The notes under the pieces were generated by a model. It worked only from the letters and a program-made list of their open reading frames with translations, had not been told where the DNA came from and did no database searches. Source: Leptolyngbyaceae cyanobacterium (GTDB taxonomy: Bacteria > Cyanobacteriota > Cyanobacteriia > Phormidesmidales > Phormidesmidaceae). From it: a DNA stretch of 64,000 nt. Position numbers and translations under genes: made by a program. The stretch covers positions 608,001 to 672,000 of the forward strand of contig CBDHHL010000056.1 in assembly GCA_965263355.1 (NCBI GenBank), written 5' to 3'. This document shows, piece by piece, positions 61,201-64,000 of the stretch (positions are counted from its first letter, which is position 1; each line of letters starts with the position of its first letter).

Positions 61201-63665
61201 AAGCCTGTTTGAGGTTGGTAGCTGACGGGGCCTAGAAGGACCGGATCAAACGCGATCTGATTGACCCCAAAGTCTTCTAGCAGAAGTGTGCCGTCAAATT
61301 TAGGATTGCTCAAGGTGCCTACCAAGCGTCCATTCGATAATGAGGCAAAGCCATTCAAGGGCACAGGACCTGGTAATACAGCTAGAGGATAGCGTTGGGC
61401 ATCTAGCTCAAGGGAGAAGCCACGAATGCCCTGGAACTGATTGCCATCAAACTGAGGAGAAATTACCCCTCGGGCCTGGAGCTGAGCACTATTAGCCTGC
61501 TCGATCAACAAGTCTTGCCCAGTCCAGGCAAACTGACTAGTCAGGGGTGCATCAAACCCAGCTAACTGGGGGGATAAACCGGCCAATCCGGCGGAGAAAT
61601 TTAGGTTGCCCCGGCCCCGCAGATCTACCAGGGTGCGAGCATTGATGTTTCCCTGCACGCTGACAGTGCCGCTAGTATTACCGCCTAGCTGGGAAGCAAA
61701 CTGGTTGAGGCCAATGGCAGTGAGGATAGCATCCGTTTGCCAATCGCCGTTGATCAGTTCTGCTTTCCCCTGGATCGTCCCCTCGGTTAGCTGCAGCCTG
61801 TAGTTTCCCATGGCTAACAGGGTTTCTAGGGTCATCCCTTGGAGCGGACCTGCCAGAGCCACATCGGCGTTAAGATTACCAGCTGGACCATTCTGGGCAA
61901 ATGCCCGTAAATCAATATTGTTAGCTCCAATATCGGCTTGCCAGCTATCGGTGCCAACCTTTCCTGTGCCAGTTAGGGTGCCTGCCCCTACCTGAACCAG
62001 TGCTTGGGGAATGGATAGTCCGCCGTCAGCAAAAACTGCTGTGGCCTTGGCTGGATAAAATTGTCCACCGTAGGCCAGGGTAGGCGCTTGCACATTAATC
62101 CGGGCTGCTAATGTGTCAGGGTTGCCAGTGATCGTTGCGCTGGCCCCTACCACACCTAACGTGACAGGTAACTGCTCCACGTCGTAGAGGGCTGTGAGCG
62201 CATCCCCCGATATATTGCTAACTTGAGCTTTGAAGTCCAACTCTGGTGGGCCATCTGGCAAGTTTGCCAGGTTTAGAACTCCATTACCAGTAAGCTGACC
62301 TCCCAGTTCCGGTGTAGCGCTGAGCTGGGTAACCGTGATTTGATGAAACAGTTCCTCAATGGTCTCTGCGGCTAACACCACATTAGTATTGAACTCATTG
62401 AGCACCACCCGATCAACGACAACAGGACCAATGGCTGCCACATCGGCAGACAATGTGGGTTGCAAGAGTGGTCCTGTAATGGCGATGTTGCTATCAAAAA
62501 CACCGCTAAGGGCAATGGGGGAATCAACCTCAGAACGCTCTAGAAGCTGTTCGAGGTCCACATCTGCCACCTGGGCCCTCAGATCATAGTCACCCTCCCA
62601 GTCAATGGTGCCGGTGGCAGTGGCGGTTAGATCTTCGTAGCTGCCCCTGGCTCGATCAATTGTGATAGCCGTGCCTTTAAATCTGGCAGTGGCATCAATA
62701 TTTTCAACAGTATTTCCCCAGGGGCCAGTGTTTGGTAATGAAGTTAGCTGGAGTTGACCATTGTCAACACTGCCTTGACCGTCCACAGTGATGGACTGCT
62801 CAGGCAGAAAGGTTACTGTCCACTGACCGCTAACGCGGCCAGCCGTTGCTGCAATTGGTAAATTTTGCTGCCCCATGGTTGGTAGCAGAAAGGCCATGGC
62901 TGTTTCAGCGGCGACGCCTTTTCCCTCAATGCCTAATCTGGTGACGTACTGAATCGGCTGTTGACTGTCGCCAGAAGCCACGGGATCTACAGCAACCGTG
63001 ACGTCTAAATTACCGCCTTGGGGAGGTGTGGCAATGGCATTCACCTCTACCCGTTGACTGTCTTGGTTATTGACCTTGACCGGAGCGATCGCTACGGTGC
63101 CATTTACCCCATTGACTACCAGGGGCATTGGTACCGTCCCCTCTGCTGGCAGTGGCACCAGGGTCACCTGGCTATTAACCACATCAATATCGTCCATCCG
63201 CACCTGAATAAATGGATCGTCGACGGGCTCAAATGTGGGCACATCAATACCTAGCCAGCCCTTATCCGGGTGCTGCTCTATATAGCCGTTGGCCCCAATT
63301 AACCGTAGATCAATCTCCAGCTCTCGCTGGAACAGGACTTGCAATGTACTAAATTTGACCTCTACGGCGTCTGCGGTGGCGTAGGAGGGATCGGTTGCCG
63401 TTGCGTTAAGTTTAGACGGCCCCACTCGCACACCATTAAGGGACAACCTTTCCAGCTCGCCCAGCTCTAACTCTCGCTCTAGTAGAGCAGACAGTTGTTT
63501 TTCCAGTAGCGGTGTCAGCCCTCTATTGATAAATATCCAAGCACCAAGGGCGACTGCTGAACCAATGAGCAGGGTACTTGCCCCTAGGGAAATGGCTACT
63601 AGTTTCCAAAAGCGACGACCTCCAGAAGGTCTATCTGAAGGTCTATCTGTATTTGGCGAAGTCAT
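58236..63665 (-). CDS. tamB: Translocation/assembly module TamB (DUF490) protein
   Basis: N-terminal TM anchor, long beta-rich body, and a C-terminal DUF490-like end (SSSPPRS..EIVNLL, FNLRYRL, LEFETRF). Confidence 0.88.
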   Translation of the reverse strand: MTSPNTDRPSDRPSGGRRFWKLVAISLGASTLLIGSAVALGAWIFINRGLTPLLEKQLSALLERELELGELERLSLNGVRVGPSKLNATATDPSYATADAVEVKFSTLQVLFQRELEIDLRLIGANGYIEQHPDKGWLGIDVPTFEPVDDPFIQVRMDDIDVVNSQVTLVPLPAEGTVPMPLVVNGVNGTVAIAPVKVNNQDSQRVEVNAIATPPQGGNLDVTVAVDPVASGDSQQPIQYVTRLGIEGKGVAAETAMAFLLPTMGQQNLPIAATAGRVSGQWTVTFLPEQSITVDGQGSVDNGQLQLTSLPNTGPWGNTVENIDATARFKGTAITIDRARGSYEDLTATATGTIDWEGDYDLRAQVADVDLEQLLERSEVDSPIALSGVFDSNIAITGPLLQPTLSADVAAIGPVVVDRVVLNEFNTNVVLAAETIEELFHQITVTQLSATPELGGQLTGNGVLNLANLPDGPPELDFKAQVSNISGDALTALYDVEQLPVTLGVVGASATITGNPDTLAARINVQAPTLAYGGQFYPAKATAVFADGGLSIPQALVQVGAGTLTGTGKVGTDSWQADIGANNIDLRAFAQNGPAGNLNADVALAGPLQGMTLETLLAMGNYRLQLTEGTIQGKAELINGDWQTDAILTAIGLNQFASQLGGNTSGTVSVQGNINARTLVDLRGRGNLNFSAGLAGLSPQLAGFDAPLTSQFAWTGQDLLIEQANSAQLQARGVISPQFDGNQFQGIRGFSLELDAQRYPLAVLPGPVPLNGFASLSNGRLVGTLSNPKFDGTLLLEDFGVNQIAFDPVLLGPVSYQPQTGLMVDLDGKSGPVTPDGLADGIAISFQPRDFAFDVSWQGAQATGRTDGDLLRASLQNLPLQALGLPAVERLGGGFKGTLSSQGEWVVDLNRQTLVGGVFIDQPGLGYLNGQQLTGQIAYRDRYVFVDQGELIFNACSGQLETNSRPLPSYCGAEQVADSVYQFNGNLQLETLAYNAKVDVENGDVKDILTALAIIDLEDLIQTFQSPTWLANQPAPADIPEVLATQSTGNADATLLDQLRRLAEIQKIQDQVALAEEQNPIPPINQLQGRFDATVRLSGQPQQLPEIVFDVDGQDWTWTRDFVADRVIAQGQLSNGNLTLQPVRLETALPPDADGNPQLAFVNLAGNLSLVEQDSSSLQLVAEQLPVAAVRDIFNLPIGLQGRLNSIANFSGGLDNPTVRGDIILADGSINNQPIAKAGGLFLYENARLILQGELLQVNNPQPLTLVGDIPYAFEFMKVKPANDSISLSLDVADEGLALLNALNSQVLWESGKGQVSLEIGGSLSNPTVSGSMEVQDAVLRSPLLPDPLTNFSSSVVFENDQINVKQLQGTYSNGQLRAAGSFPLAYPFIIDGPRLALLGADAFNGSNIGTPITPSTPNEEDGTVITSETIPGEADESSIVHSSGALTVTLNDIDLDLRGIYRGGVEGKIVVGGSLLLGPQLGGVVELKNGRLFLPEGNNNAVSPAVPEISPFVPRFENLKITLANNIQIQQSNLLNVLAQGDLNITGPLRPFGAIQPTGTIRLRSGQINLLTTTFRLAGRNNTARFIPERGIADPLLDIQLRTSVAETQQNNVVEATTFASSSEVADNSIDPFQSTTGLETIRIRASYKGSTSNLLESLFLSDISDAVIEFSSSPPRSRQEIVNLLSGSYVAALQSGQGVLNFFGGALLNSLQDFIGRTLNLSEFRLFPVTSSSRFSSDENSGSTLDIATEVGFDITDNVTFSLVKILTDNTPTEFNLRYRLTDEFTIRSTTNFDDRNRVLLEFETRF

Positions 63666-63741
63666 GGGGGCATGGAACTATGTTCGCGACTACTCTAGCA
63701 AACTTCCATGGTGAGGAGAGGCAAGGCGTGTCCGACGTGAT

Positions 63742-64000
63742 TTAACCCAGTCGGTATCCAAAACCACGGACGGTTTTTAAATATTTTGGTTTGCTGGGAT
63801 CTTCTTCAAGCTTTTCGCGCAACCAGCGAATATGGACATCCACTGTCTTATTGTCGCCCATAAAGTCATACCCCCAAACACGATCAATAATCTGATCGCG
63901 AGACCATACTCGACGGGGACGCCCCATAAACAGCTCTAGAATTTTGAATTCCTTGGGTGATAGATTGAGCTCTACATCATTAAGGAATGCCCGACACTCG
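63742..64000 (-). CDS. OmpR/PhoB-family response regulator, C-terminal winged helix (partial)
   Basis: LSPKEFKILELFM..PRRVWSRDQ..VWG...KTVDVHIRWLREKLE.DPS.P.YLKTVRGFGYRLG. Confidence 0.92.
   Translation of the reverse strand, partial: ECRAFLNDVELNLSPKEFKILELFMGRPRRVWSRDQIIDRVWGYDFMGDNKTVDVHIRWLREKLEEDPSKPKYLKTVRGFGYRLG

Noticed and set aside
1..64000. Frequent GCGATCGC octamers as a novel repeat
   Set aside because: This is the well-known cyanobacterial HIP1 sequence; used only as a taxonomic clue.

Overview
Chromosomal window from a cyanobacterium. The HIP1 octamer GCGATCGC recurs throughout, and psb34, a Psb35-like gene, a helical carotenoid protein and a PatA-type regulator are present; a filamentous Leptolyngbya-like host is my guess only. 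It carries housekeeping genes (hisH, pfkA, a gyrA/parC-type subunit, ridA, tamB, aroF), signalling genes (two paralogous hybrid histidine kinases, a REC-REC-pseudokinase, PatA plus a truncated CheA), a dynamin-like pair, a double-NTPase NACHT protein, an RTX repeat protein, a decayed IS630 with a matching MITE, and several gene remnants. The main find is upstream of a catalytic-domain-only DAHP synthase (minus strand, 47340-47994): two tandem, unannotated aromatic-rich leader peptides (MQHSFFYFWFSQVHRR and MIVCYSWQFTFFFFTPPPGR). Each is followed by mutually exclusive antiterminator/terminator hairpins, and the 3' half of the second terminator is amplified into twelve ~27-bp copies. This looks like a double ribosome-mediated transcription attenuator sensing Phe/Tyr/Trp, which I do not know to be described in cyanobacteria. 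All calls are from reading the sequence; no searches were run.
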